64,000 nt of DNA from an uncultured Vicinamibacteraceae bacterium (GCA_964636705.1 CAZWUJ010000021.1:255-64254), one strand, 5' to 3'. Shown: positions 6,543 through 15,231, counted from the first letter of the stretch. Numbers and translations: made by a program. The notes: generated by a model not told the origin, from the sequence alone.

Positions 6543-7151
6543 ATGGATGCACGATTACTCATTCGGCGTTCCCTCGTGGCGGGCCTGGTGCTCGTCTGCT
6601 CACCCGCGGCGGCCCAGGAGGTCGAGCCGAAGCCGCGAACCCACCATGTAGGCCTGCAACCGGGCGTCTTCAACAACTCGGCCGAAGGCTTCGAGTTCGC
6701 CGGCCTCGACCTCGACGCCGGCAGGAACACGTTCTATGGCGCCGTCAGCTACCGGTACTCCCTCAGCCCCTCCATCGATCTCGCCCTGCACGCCGGACAC
6801 TGGATTGGCCAATGGACCACGCCGGCCTCCCGGACCGTCGAGCTGGCCACCGGGTTCATCGGGCCCGGCGTTCGCGTCAATGGGCGGAGCCGGGGAAACG
6901 GGAAGCGCGTCGTCCCCTATCTCCAGACGAACCTCTACTTCGTTCAGGAGCAGTTGGTTGTCGAGAAGGCGTGGTCCAAGAGAGTGACGGCGAACGGCTT
7001 TGGCCTTGGCTTGATGGGCGGCCTCAACGTGGTGCTCGGCGAGCGTGTCTCGATTCCGATCGAAGCGATCTATCTGGCGACGACGGGTAACGCCGGCGTC
7101 GATGACCTCTCCGGAGTCGGTCTGTCGATCGGCGTCGACCTGAGCTTCTGA
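6543..7151 (+). CDS. outer-membrane beta-barrel protein (OmpW/porin-like)
   Basis: Signal peptide MDARLLIRRSLVAGLVLVCSPAAAQE, alternating hydrophobic strands, and a C-terminal GVDLSF ending in Phe. Confidence 0.75.
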   Translation: MDARLLIRRSLVAGLVLVCSPAAAQEVEPKPRTHHVGLQPGVFNNSAEGFEFAGLDLDAGRNTFYGAVSYRYSLSPSIDLALHAGHWIGQWTTPASRTVELATGFIGPGVRVNGRSRGNGKRVVPYLQTNLYFVQEQLVVEKAWSKRVTANGFGLGLMGGLNVVLGERVSIPIEAIYLATTGNAGVDDLSGVGLSIGVDLSF

Positions 7152-7152
7152 C

Positions 7153-7998
7153 ATGGGCGTCATCCTGCGAAGTCTGGTTCTGGCGGCGGCCGTCGCGTGG
7201 GCCAGCGCGACGCCCACCGCCCGCACGCCGGCCAATGACATCGACACGCTCATGGAGCGCGTGCTCGAGAACCGGTACACGGCATGGCGCACGCTGGGAG
7301 ATTTCACCCTGCGCAGCAGCCTCTCCGTCAACCTTGAAGCGCCGCTGGAGTTTCCTTACTCCCGGCTCCGGCGGGAGTACGAGTGGTATGTGCTGGACGG
7401 CGTGGCCGTCCGCAGCCCGGTACGGATCGACGGCCTCGACATCGGTCCGGACGACCGCCGCGATGCGGAGGAAGACTGGCGGCGCGGCGAGCGGCGCCGG
7501 CGCGCCCACGGTGACCCGCAGGATCTCGCCCCGCGCTTCGTCAGCGACGCGTTCTACGGCACCGAGTTCCCGTTCGAGCCGGGCGCCTACTACTTCGCGG
7601 GCCGCGACACCGTCGCCGGACGCGACACCGTCCGCATCGAGTACTACCCGACCGGATTGGACGACAAGGCGTCCAATCCCCGGCTCAACCTGGGGTTCAA
7701 CAAGACCTCGCTCGTGACGTTTTGGGTCGATCCGGAGGCGGAGCAAATCGCGAAATACGCGTTCGCCAACGCGGGAATGGACTTCCTGCCCCTCCAGTGG
7801 CTCGCGCGGGTCGAAGGATTCGAAGCGTCGGCCGAGATGACACCCATCGGCGGCGTCTGGATGCCGGCGCGCACCACCGTGAGCGGGCGCATCATGACGG
7901 CGGCCGGAGCATTCCAGGGCTCCATCACCCAGGAGTTCTTCGACTACCGGGAGGCGGAAACCGGCGCCCGGCTCGTCGGTCCTGCGGGTCCGCGATGA
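7153..7998 (+). CDS. secreted LolA-like / lipoprotein-sorting-fold protein (tentative)
   Basis: It starts 1 nt after the barrel gene stop and has signal peptide MGVILRSLVLAAAVAWASA. The function call is from general resemblance only. Confidence 0.6.
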   Translation: MGVILRSLVLAAAVAWASATPTARTPANDIDTLMERVLENRYTAWRTLGDFTLRSSLSVNLEAPLEFPYSRLRREYEWYVLDGVAVRSPVRIDGLDIGPDDRRDAEEDWRRGERRRRAHGDPQDLAPRFVSDAFYGTEFPFEPGAYYFAGRDTVAGRDTVRIEYYPTGLDDKASNPRLNLGFNKTSLVTFWVDPEAEQIAKYAFANAGMDFLPLQWLARVEGFEASAEMTPIGGVWMPARTTVSGRIMTAAGAFQGSITQEFFDYREAETGARLVGPAGPR

Positions 7999-8147
7999 CC
8001 CCTTTCTTTCTGACGGCCAACGAGGAGCGCGTGTCACGGGAGGAGCAGGACAAATTGCGGCTTGTCCGTGTGTACAATTTCTGGAAGGAGTCCCACGCCT
8101 TCCGGCTGAAGCCGCCGTTGGACTCCCAAGTTGATTTGACCGCATAA
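7995..8147 (+). CDS. small hypothetical ORF translationally coupled by ATGA overlap
   Basis: ATG 7995 overlaps TGA 7996-7998 of the upstream gene. 50 codons: MTPFFLTANEERVSREEQDKLRLVRVYNFWKESHAFRL... Local G+C is lower. Confidence 0.25.
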   Translation: MTPFFLTANEERVSREEQDKLRLVRVYNFWKESHAFRLKPPLDSQVDLTA

Positions 8148-8234
8148 GTGTCCAAGGCGGAGCTACGCTCGTAGGGTCGACTGGTACTTGCCGCACTCGG
8201 AACGCCGGAACGAAGTGCGGTGAAGGAGGTGCTG

Positions 8235-8477
8235 ATGGCTAACGACAAGACGAAGCGGCTGCCTGTTCCGACCGCCAGCGAGCCCAACCCCCGCGTGCCG
8301 GACGAGCCGAGCGAGTCCCTCGGCCAGTGGCTGATCGAGAACATGCCGCGGCTCGGTGAAATTGAGGTTCCGCCTCGCCGGGACGAGCGTGAACGCCCCG
8401 TGCCATTCGCTGACTGGACCGACAAGGATTGGGAGGCCTTCGACCGGAAGCACGCGCTCGAGGACGAGGGCGAATGA
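8235..8477 (+). CDS. hypothetical small acidic protein
   Basis: GAAGGAGG lies 6 nt before ATG 8235. No family recognised and no partner gene downstream. Confidence 0.5.
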   Translation: MANDKTKRLPVPTASEPNPRVPDEPSESLGQWLIENMPRLGEIEVPPRRDERERPVPFADWTDKDWEAFDRKHALEDEGE

Positions 8478-8612
8478 GAGGTCATCTCCTTGACGCGCGC
8501 ACTCGGCTCTCCCGGGAGGTCGACGGGGCCGTCACGGAGGGGACACCGCGCTGGACCCACACTCTGCGGCGTTCCGGCAGGAGCCGGCACGGGGCAGATG
8601 CGTAGCGCGCTG

Positions 8613-8930
8613 TCACGCCACTGCGCTCAAGCCGTTCTTTGCTACTAGCGTCAGGAGCTTCAATGATGCGCCGCGCGGTCGTTTCTGGCCGCGCTCCCAC
8701 TGGCTCACCAGCCCGGTCGTCACGTTGAGATAGCGCGCGAACACCGCCTGACTCGCGTTTTCGCGAAGCCGAAGCGCGCGGATATCCTCCGGGGCCATCT
8801 CTTCGACTGGCGTGAGGCACATCTCGTCGAACGCTCGCATCGTCCGCTTCGACATCAAACCGGCCTCGGCGAGTCCGAGCGCCGCCTCATGTGCTGCCGC
8901 TAGCGCTTCACTCTTGTATTGCTTGGTCAT
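8613..8930 (-). CDS. HTH (XRE-type) antitoxin of a RelE/ParE-family toxin, HigA-like arrangement
   Basis: MRAFDEMCLTPVEEMAPEDIRALRLRENASQAVFARYLNVTTGLVSQWERGQKRPRGASLKLLTLV is typical of antitoxins that follow this toxin family. The gene overlaps the toxin gene by 23 nt. Confidence 0.85.
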   Translation of the reverse strand: MTKQYKSEALAAAHEAALGLAEAGLMSKRTMRAFDEMCLTPVEEMAPEDIRALRLRENASQAVFARYLNVTTGLVSQWERGQKRPRGASLKLLTLVAKNGLSAVA

Positions 8931-9297
8931 CGCATTTCACCTCGATTATCGCTCCAACCGCCTGCGCTGCCGAAAGGCCTGTCCGGTCCAGCGCCAGGTA
9001 CTCGTCTGCCAGCAGCCGGAAAGTCTCCAACTCGTCCCGACGCAGATTCTCTCGGCCGCTCTTGGCGAATCCGTACACGAAGAACGCCAGCTCGCCCTGC
9101 CGAAACAGCACGATGGTGCGGAACCCGCCGGACCGGCCGCCACCCTTGCGCGCGATGCGCTGCTTTATGACTCCACCGCCCAAATCGGCATCCACCAAGC
9201 CCCTCCGCGCGCGCAGGATGGCCTCGCACAGCGCGGAGTCCTCCAGTCCCTCACGATCGGCGAAACGGGCGAATGCCTTGGTTTTGAACGTCTGCAA
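8908..9297 (-). CDS. type II toxin, RelE/ParE superfamily (toxin-first, HigB-like arrangement)
   Basis: KAFARFADREGL...LGGGVIKQRIARKGGGRSGGFRTIVLFRQGELAFFVYGFAKSGRENL is the characteristic core of this toxin family. Confidence 0.85.
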   Translation of the reverse strand: MQTFKTKAFARFADREGLEDSALCEAILRARRGLVDADLGGGVIKQRIARKGGGRSGGFRTIVLFRQGELAFFVYGFAKSGRENLRRDELETFRLLADEYLALDRTGLSAAQAVGAIIEVKCDDQAIQE

Positions 9298-9419
9298 TCC
9301 TGACCCCGCGAACGCCTATCGCCGTACGTATTCTATAGTACCAAGTGCGACGTTTATCAATTTGCCCTCGCTGTCCTGCGGCTCGGAGAGGGCTGCTGCC
9401 ACCGTTCCCCCCGTCGCGT

Positions 9420-9450
9420 GATTCTTGCAGGGGAGATTCTTATTAAGAAT
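9420..9450. promoter_or_regulatory. GATTCTT repeats and 7-1-7 palindrome, candidate operator upstream of the toxin-antitoxin operon
   Basis: GATTCTT at 9420-9426 and 9435-9441, and palindrome ATTCTTA T TAAGAAT at 9436-9450. The site lies in an A/T-rich intergenic region, about 140 nt upstream of the toxin start. Confidence 0.25.
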
Positions 9451-9549
9451 TATAGGCTTAACATGCAATATGGGACCCTGCTAGAGGGCCACCATGTTAA
9501 ACAAAATGAGACGAACGCTTAATAGCCGGAGTTCTGTTGGCTTACAGCC

Positions 9550-10296
9550 TCAGTTTCCCAGGCGGTGTTCGCGTTCCAGCTCGACCAATCGGGGGATCAG
9601 GTCGGAGTGGCCCTGGATACGGAAGAGGTAGCGCGGTACCTGCCGGTCGGTCGCGCGTGACATGAACGGCTCACCCCAGAAGCTGAGCAGTGCTTCGGTG
9701 CGGCCGTGCGGTTCCACGTCGGCGAGTACGAACGAGAGCGTCTCTGGAAGTGAGCGCCAGCGGGGTTCCGCCACGATGGCGCGGCCATCGCAGTCCTGGA
9801 TCTTCGGCACGAGGTACCGATCCCAGAGTTCCCGCTCGCCTTCATTCGAAACGAACTGGATGGACGTAACGTTCGGATTCTCTATGGCGGGGCGCAGCAT
9901 GAGGTCGAACACCTGCTGCGAACGGAACATGGTGAGACAGACGTTGAACCAGAGCATCTCGCCCCGGGCGTTCTCGGAGAAACGACGGCTCTCGTCGGCC
10001 AGGTCGCGGGGGCCGACGAGAATCGCGTCCGGTGGAGTCAGGGCTGCCTGAACGCCCTCGGTGGTTGCCTTGATCTCCTGAACGGATGCAGCCAGACGGT
10101 CATCCTGGTGCTCGCGCCGCAGGTCACGAAGCAGGAGAAGGGCCAGCAGGACGAGGATGATCGTGATCAGGACATCGAGTTCGACAACGTGCAGGAGGTG
10201 CGCGATGACCGCGACGACCGCCGCCGCGATTCCCGCGATGATGTGCCACTCGAGGCGCAGGAGTCGTTTCACTCGGTTGTCTGGTGAGCGTACCAT
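9550..10296 (-). CDS. membrane-anchored protein of unknown function
   Basis: 248-aa ORF with two N-terminal hydrophobic helices (IIAGIAAAVVAVIAHLL, LITIILVLLALLLL) followed by a soluble domain of about 170 aa. No motif recognised. Confidence 0.6.
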   Translation of the reverse strand: MVRSPDNRVKRLLRLEWHIIAGIAAAVVAVIAHLLHVVELDVLITIILVLLALLLLRDLRREHQDDRLAASVQEIKATTEGVQAALTPPDAILVGPRDLADESRRFSENARGEMLWFNVCLTMFRSQQVFDLMLRPAIENPNVTSIQFVSNEGERELWDRYLVPKIQDCDGRAIVAEPRWRSLPETLSFVLADVEPHGRTEALLSFWGEPFMSRATDRQVPRYLFRIQGHSDLIPRLVELEREHRLGN

Positions 10297-10366
10297 GGCG
10301 TCCGGTCAGCCACAGCGCGGCTCACCCCGCCGTGCTACCTTCTCCGCATACGGGAGGAGGCCCCCC

Positions 10367-11818
10367 ATGTTTCGAATCCAGGCGCGCGGCCACGGCATGA
10401 CATCCCGATCAGCGCGGTTCACCTGTTTCGCTGTGGCTCTCGGCCTCCTGGCCGCGGCGGCGGCCGGATCGACCGTCCTCGCCGAGGACTGGCCGCAGTG
10501 GCGCGGCGCCGAGCGGCTCGGCGTCTGGACGGAGACCGGCATTCTGCGCGAGTTCCCCGACGAGGGACTCATCGTGAAGTGGCGCGCGCCGGTGAACGGC
10601 GGGTACGCCGGCCCGGCGGTCGCGGACGGCCGGGTGTTCGTCCTCGACTACATCGAGACCGAGCCGCGCACGATGGACGGCACGGAGCGCATCCTCGCCC
10701 TCGATGAGGAGACCGGCGAGGTGCTCTGGACCCACGAGTGGACGACCACCTACCGCATGCTGATGTTCACGTATGCGACCGGCCCGCGCGCCACGCCGAC
10801 CGTCGACGGCGACCGCGTCTACCTGACCGGCTCGACGGGACGCATCCTCTGCCTGGATACCGCGACCGGCGCGGTGATCTGGGAGAAGGACACGGTCGCG
10901 GAATACGACACGAGCATCCCGATCTGGGGCACGTCGAGCGCGCCGCTCGTCGATGGCGACCGGGTCATCTTCCTCGTCGGGGGCGAGCCGGACGCCCTCG
11001 TGATGGCCTTCGACAAGCACACGGGCGAGGAAGTCTGGCGCGCCCTCGAGACCCGGACCGAGATGGGCTACAACCAGCCGAAGATCATCGAGGCGGGCGG
11101 CGCCCGGCAGTTGATCGTCTGGCATCCGCGCGGGCTGTCGTCACTCGATCCGGCGACCGGCGAGCTCTACTGGGAGGAGCCGTTCGAGGGGCGCGCCAAC
11201 ATGACCGTGGCCGACGCCGTCCAGAGCGGCTCGTACCTGTTCGTCTCGGGGTTCTACACCGGCTCGATGATGATGCGCCTCGACCTCGACCTCGACCGGC
11301 CGGCCGCGACAGCGGTCTGGAAGGACGGGACGAACCGTGTTGTGGAAGGCGGCATCGAGGTGGCGGAAGAGACCGGGCTGCATTCCGTGATGACGACGCC
11401 GCTTGTCGTCGGCGACTACATCTACGGCATCGGCAGCCACGGCCAGGTGCGCGGACTGCTCGCGGAGACCGGCGAGCGCGTGTGGGAAGCCGAGGGGCTG
11501 ACGAACCGGAACCGCTGGGGATCCGCCTACTTCGTCCAGCACGAGAACCGCTACTTCGTCTACAACGAGAACGGCGATCTGATCATCGCGCAGTTCAACC
11601 CGGACGGCTACGTCGAACTGGACCGGACCCACCTGCTGCACCCGACGTCGCGTTCCGGCTACGGCGGGTCGCGGGCCGGCACGGCGTCGCGGTTCCGCCA
11701 CGGGCAGAGCGACCGGCTCGTCGTCTGGGCGCACCCGGCGTTTGCCAACCGCCACGTCGTGCTCCGGAACGACGAAGAGATCATCCGGGTCTCGCTGGAC
11801 GCAGACGACTACCGCTGA
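10367..11818 (+). CDS. PQQ-like beta-propeller repeat protein (BamB/YfgL-like fold), secreted
   Basis: GGAGG precedes ATG 10367. Signal peptide followed by EDWPQWRG, repeated motifs of the type GxxVADGRVFV and DGDRVY, and GELYWE. The track start at 10157 overlaps the divergent gene. Confidence 0.8.
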   Translation: MFRIQARGHGMTSRSARFTCFAVALGLLAAAAAGSTVLAEDWPQWRGAERLGVWTETGILREFPDEGLIVKWRAPVNGGYAGPAVADGRVFVLDYIETEPRTMDGTERILALDEETGEVLWTHEWTTTYRMLMFTYATGPRATPTVDGDRVYLTGSTGRILCLDTATGAVIWEKDTVAEYDTSIPIWGTSSAPLVDGDRVIFLVGGEPDALVMAFDKHTGEEVWRALETRTEMGYNQPKIIEAGGARQLIVWHPRGLSSLDPATGELYWEEPFEGRANMTVADAVQSGSYLFVSGFYTGSMMMRLDLDLDRPAATAVWKDGTNRVVEGGIEVAEETGLHSVMTTPLVVGDYIYGIGSHGQVRGLLAETGERVWEAEGLTNRNRWGSAYFVQHENRYFVYNENGDLIIAQFNPDGYVELDRTHLLHPTSRSGYGGSRAGTASRFRHGQSDRLVVWAHPAFANRHVVLRNDEEIIRVSLDADDYR

Positions 11819-11835
11819 GGCAGAGGGATTCGGGC

Positions 11836-12435
11836 ATGCGTGCGCCTCACCGCTCCCGGTGCCGCGCGGGGTTTCGCCGCGGGCTCCTGACTGCGTGGCT
11901 GGTGGCGGCTGCGGCGACGGGCGCGGTGCAGCCGGCCCGCGCCGGGCAATTGCCCCCGGGATTGCTGGAGCGCGCGGAGCAGGGCGACGCCGTGGCGCAG
12001 AACGAGGTCGGCAGCCGTTACTACGCGGGCCGCGGCGTGGAGCGCGACGACGCCGAGGCGGCGCGATGGATCCAGCTTGCGGCCGACCAGGGCTTCGCGC
12101 CGGCGCAGTACAACCTGGGCCTGCTTTATTTCCGGAACCGCGGAGTCGCCGGTAACGACGCGGAGGCGGCGCGCTGGTACCAGGCGGCGGCCGAGCAGGG
12201 CTACCCGCCAGCCCAGGCCGGCCTCGGGTACATGTATGCGTACGGCGCGGGTGTCGAGGAAGACGCCATCCGCGCCTACATGTGGCTGGAACTCGCGTGG
12301 CGGGGCGCGGATAGCGACTTCACGCGGCAGCTCTACGCGGCGCAGCGTGACGCGCTGGCGGAGTCGATGTCCGAGGAGGACGTCCGCGAGGGCCGGACAC
12401 TGGCGGATACGTGGCAGCCGGCCGCGGGGCGCTGA
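11836..12435 (+). CDS. Sel1-like (SLR) repeat protein, secreted
   Basis: Repeats of the type AEAARWIQLAADQGFAPAQYNLGLLY and AEAARWYQAAAEQGYPPAQAGLGYMY. The upstream part of track ORF 10738-12435 is an out-of-frame overlap with the propeller gene. Confidence 0.8.
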   Translation: MRAPHRSRCRAGFRRGLLTAWLVAAAATGAVQPARAGQLPPGLLERAEQGDAVAQNEVGSRYYAGRGVERDDAEAARWIQLAADQGFAPAQYNLGLLYFRNRGVAGNDAEAARWYQAAAEQGYPPAQAGLGYMYAYGAGVEEDAIRAYMWLELAWRGADSDFTRQLYAAQRDALAESMSEEDVREGRTLADTWQPAAGR

Positions 12436-12532
12436 CCGGCGCTGGCGCCCGGTCCGGCCCCGAACCTTCTATAATGGCGCTCGCCGTGTGGGGCGAATCG
12501 TGTTCCCGCGCTGAACGACCCTGGAGGCTGAT

Positions 12533-13246
12533 ATGAAGACCCGCTACGCCCGTATAGCCGTTCTGCTGGTGCTCGCGCTCGGGTTTACGACCCTGGCCGC
12601 GGCGCAGAGCCGCACCATCGACCCGACCCGCTTCGAAGAGGCCATCCAGGCGTTCGAAGCCGAAGACAGCGCGATGATGCCGCCCGAGGGAGCGATCGTC
12701 GTCACCGGCAGCTCCAGCATCCGCCGCTGGCATCCCAGCCTGAAGGAGGATCTGGCTCCGCTCACCGTGGTCCCGCGCGGGTTCGGCGGCAGCACGATGC
12801 AGGACCTCGAGTACTTCCTGGATCGCATCGTCATCAAGTACAAGCCGCGTGCCGTCGTGATCTACGAGGGTGACAACGACACGGCGTTCGGTGTGGCGCC
12901 GGAGGAGATCGTCGGACGGCTCGAGTCGATCGTCGACCGCGTTCACGCCGAGGTTCCGGAGGCGCGCATCTACGTGATGTCCGTCAAGCCGAGCCTCGCC
13001 CGCGTAAACGTCTGGGACAAGGCGCAGGAGACCAACGTGCTCTACCAGCGCCTCGCGGACAGCAACGACCTTATCTCCTACATCGACGTCGCCAATCCCT
13101 TCCTGCAGGCGAACGGCAACGTGATGGACGATATCTTCATCGACGACGGCCTGCACCTGAACGAGAAGGGCACGCGCATCTGGGCGTCCACCATCAAGGC
13201 GGCGCTGATGAAGGACGAGGCCCAGCACGAGCCGACGGAGGAGTAG
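12533..13246 (+). CDS. SGNH/GDSL-family hydrolase, secreted
   Basis: Signal peptide. Block I VVTGSSSI, block II GFGGST, block III YEGDNDT and block V DDGLHLN. Confidence 0.8.
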   Translation: MKTRYARIAVLLVLALGFTTLAAAQSRTIDPTRFEEAIQAFEAEDSAMMPPEGAIVVTGSSSIRRWHPSLKEDLAPLTVVPRGFGGSTMQDLEYFLDRIVIKYKPRAVVIYEGDNDTAFGVAPEEIVGRLESIVDRVHAEVPEARIYVMSVKPSLARVNVWDKAQETNVLYQRLADSNDLISYIDVANPFLQANGNVMDDIFIDDGLHLNEKGTRIWASTIKAALMKDEAQHEPTEE

Positions 13247-13269
13247 GCAGGCGCCGTCGCCTGGTCGGG

Positions 13270-13551
13270 TCAGAAACCCAGTTCCGAGTGTGATCCCAGG
13301 CGCACCATCCGCAGAGTGTCCGCGTCCGGCTTCTGGTAGAGCAGAATCAAGTCGGGCTTGACGCGGCAGTCACGGTGGTCGGACCAGTTGCCGCTCAAAG
13401 AGTGGTCGCGGTAACGAGGTTCGAGAGCCCGATCGTTCGCCAGAGCCGCCACGACGGGCACTAGGCTGGCATCGAGGACTCTTCGGTGCCGGCCTTTCGC
13501 TTCACGCCTATAGTCGCGCTTGAACTGGCCGGTTCGTTCAATCTTCCGCAT
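13270..13551 (-). CDS. yafQ: type II toxin, YafQ family mRNA interferase
   Basis: TGQFKRDYRREAKGRH...YRDHSLSGNWSDHRDCRVKPDLILLYQ...RLGSHSELGF matches the YafQ pattern. Confidence 0.85.
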   Translation of the reverse strand: MRKIERTGQFKRDYRREAKGRHRRVLDASLVPVVAALANDRALEPRYRDHSLSGNWSDHRDCRVKPDLILLYQKPDADTLRMVRLGSHSELGF

Positions 13552-13801
13552 GCAGGTCGTCCATTAGATCCTGCACGCTATCGAACTGAGGGAGGCCACC
13601 CCTACGGGCTTCCTTCATCGCCTGGACGGTGGCTTCGTTGGGGATCAGGGGCGCGAACGGCAGGGCCTTGTCATGAGCGATTCTCGTGAGCAGCAACCGC
13701 ACTGCATCGGACACCGTCAGGCCCATGGCGGCCAGCACCGCGGCCGCCTCTTCCTTAATGGCACCATTGATACGCGCCTGGACGAGTTGATTTGCGGCCA
13801 T
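13538..13801 (-). CDS. dinJ: type II antitoxin, DinJ/RelB family
   Basis: MAANQLVQARINGAIKEEAAAVLAAMGLTVSDAVRLLLTRIAHDKALPF. GAGGGA precedes ATG 13801. The gene overlaps the toxin gene by 14 nt. Confidence 0.85.
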   Translation of the reverse strand: MAANQLVQARINGAIKEEAAAVLAAMGLTVSDAVRLLLTRIAHDKALPFAPLIPNEATVQAMKEARRGGLPQFDSVQDLMDDLHAED

Positions 13802-13909
13802 TGCCGTGGTCCCTCCGCGCTTCCAGTGAATGACATTATCATTCATCGGACCCCGCCATTCAAGATGGCTGGGTTGATCCAGTCCGAGGAAGCGCAGGCC
13901 GCCGAGAAG

Positions 13910-14389
13910 CTACGCGTCGCCCCAGACCCGGTTCGCGAAGAGGGCGGCAACCGTCACGAGCAGCGCCGCGCCGACCCAGGCCGCGTCGGGAATGGCGCTC
14001 ACATCAAGAAGCGCGGCCGGCGGACTCGGGAGGCTGGGGAGCACGATCCGCGGGATCGTCAGGTCGAGAAGCATCGGCCGAAGTCCCCACAGGAAGGTGC
14101 CGAGTCCGACGGTGCCCGCGATGCTGAAGGAAACGGCTTCCATCACCGCGAATGTCCGGCCGGCGCGTTCGACGCGGGCGTTGCGGGCGTTCAGTTGGGC
14201 CTGCCACCACAGGACGTCTGCCTTCCGCGCCGACGCCTCCGGGGAAGGCATGGCGTTCAGAAGGCGGCTGATGGCGACGGCCTCGCTGCATCGCTTGCAG
14301 CCGGCGACGTGCTGGTGCAGCGCAGACGTCCACTCCCCGGTGCGGATCGCCTCGTGGACCGCAGCATCGTTCCGGCAGATGCCGATCAT
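13910..14389 (-). CDS. anti-sigma factor, zf-HC2 type, one transmembrane segment
   Basis: MIGICRNDAAVHEAIRTGEW...HQHVAGCKRC carries the H-x3-C-x2-C motif, followed by hydrophobic segments. The start is ATG 14389. Confidence 0.7.
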   Translation of the reverse strand: MIGICRNDAAVHEAIRTGEWTSALHQHVAGCKRCSEAVAISRLLNAMPSPEASARKADVLWWQAQLNARNARVERAGRTFAVMEAVSFSIAGTVGLGTFLWGLRPMLLDLTIPRIVLPSLPSPPAALLDVSAIPDAAWVGAALLVTVAALFANRVWGDA

Positions 14390-14657
14390 AGGAACGTAGC
14401 GCCGCAGGTTCCGACGCTGGCGGCATGCGCCTGAGGAGCCGCAGATACGCTTCGTGCGCCAGGTCATCGGCCAGGCTCGAACTGCCGGTCAGCCGATGAA
14501 GGTAGGCCCGGAGCGGTCGTTCGGTCCGGTTGTAGAACAGTTCGAACGCCGGCCGGTCGAGCGCGAGGCGTTGGTCGTCACCTTCTTCGAGACCGGAGTC
14601 CTTCGCCAAGGCCGCTTCCGGACCCAGCGTCGTGTCCCACACCGGCGCCCAGCTCAC
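14390..14657 (-). pseudogene. ECF sigma-70 family gene retaining only region 2 (apparent loss of region 4)
   Basis: FELFYNRTERPLRAYLHRLTGSSSLADDLAHEAYLRLL is a good sigma-70 region 2. The frame then runs for another 120 codons through the anti-sigma gene in a different frame, and no region 4 HTH is recognisable there. Confidence 0.45.
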
Positions 14658-14661
14658 AGGT

Positions 14662-15102
14662 TCACTCTATGGGACCAGAAGCGACTTGGCTATCAAGGCG
14701 GTCGCCGTCGTTCTTCTCGCGCAGGGCGTACTTGGCCAGGAGGGCAGCGGCGAGCAGGCCCAGGCCAAGCGCCAACAGGATCACGCCCGGCATCAGGATG
14801 TCACTGTCCCCGGTGGATGCCGCCATGAAGCCAAGGCTGAGAAATATGACCACGATCGCGCCCTGGGCCATCCCCACCCACCTGCGGCCTGACGGCTTGT
14901 CTTCGGAGTTGTTCTCCAGGAATTCCTTGCCGGCCTGGGTCTCCAGGAATGCCGCAAGCTCCGGGCCCGACTCGAACTTCTCGAGCAGTTGCTTCTGCGT
15001 GTCAGCCCGGAGGGTGGCGCGCCGGGTCCGGTGCGATATCGCGACCCAGACCACGAAGCCGACGAAGCCGAAGAAAAAGCCAGGGATGAAGATCGCTTCC
15101 AT
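14662..15102 (-). CDS. membrane protein of unknown function, first gene of the sigma/anti-sigma operon
   Basis: 146-aa ORF with hydrophobic helices at both ends. Its stop lies 4 nt before the sigma gene start. Confidence 0.65.
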   Translation of the reverse strand: MEAIFIPGFFFGFVGFVVWVAISHRTRRATLRADTQKQLLEKFESGPELAAFLETQAGKEFLENNSEDKPSGRRWVGMAQGAIVVIFLSLGFMAASTGDSDILMPGVILLALGLGLLAAALLAKYALREKNDGDRLDSQVASGPIE

Positions 15103-15231
15103 CAGGTCTCTCCTTGTCGTGCGGGCCGCTGCCTTGCGGCTTTCATTGGGTACAACGCACGGGAGGCGGAAGATGTGAACCGCGGCTGCGCCTTCCCCGG
15201 GTAGGGCGGCGGCTTCGCCGCATCATTTTCG

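Noticed and set aside
7024-8196. 390-aa minus-strand ORF
   Set aside because: It is antisense to two well-supported secreted-protein genes (6543-7151, 7153-7998). The translation is Arg/Pro/Gly-rich with no motif. This is typical of spurious open frames in high-G+C DNA.
10738-11835. N-terminal 366 codons of track ORF 10738-12435
   Set aside because: This part is an alternative frame of the PQQ-like propeller gene with Arg/Pro/Gly-rich content. Only the part from ATG 11836 shows Sel1 repeats and a signal peptide.
12470-12475. TATAAT hexamer upstream of the SGNH hydrolase gene
   Set aside because: It is a plausible -10 box, but I found no convincing -35 at 16-19 nt spacing. This is too weak to list as a promoter.
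14004-14389. C-terminal 128 codons of the 217-aa ORF starting at 14657
   Set aside because: It overlaps the zf-HC2 anti-sigma gene in another frame and shows no sigma region 4. I treat it as non-coding read-on from a truncated sigma gene.
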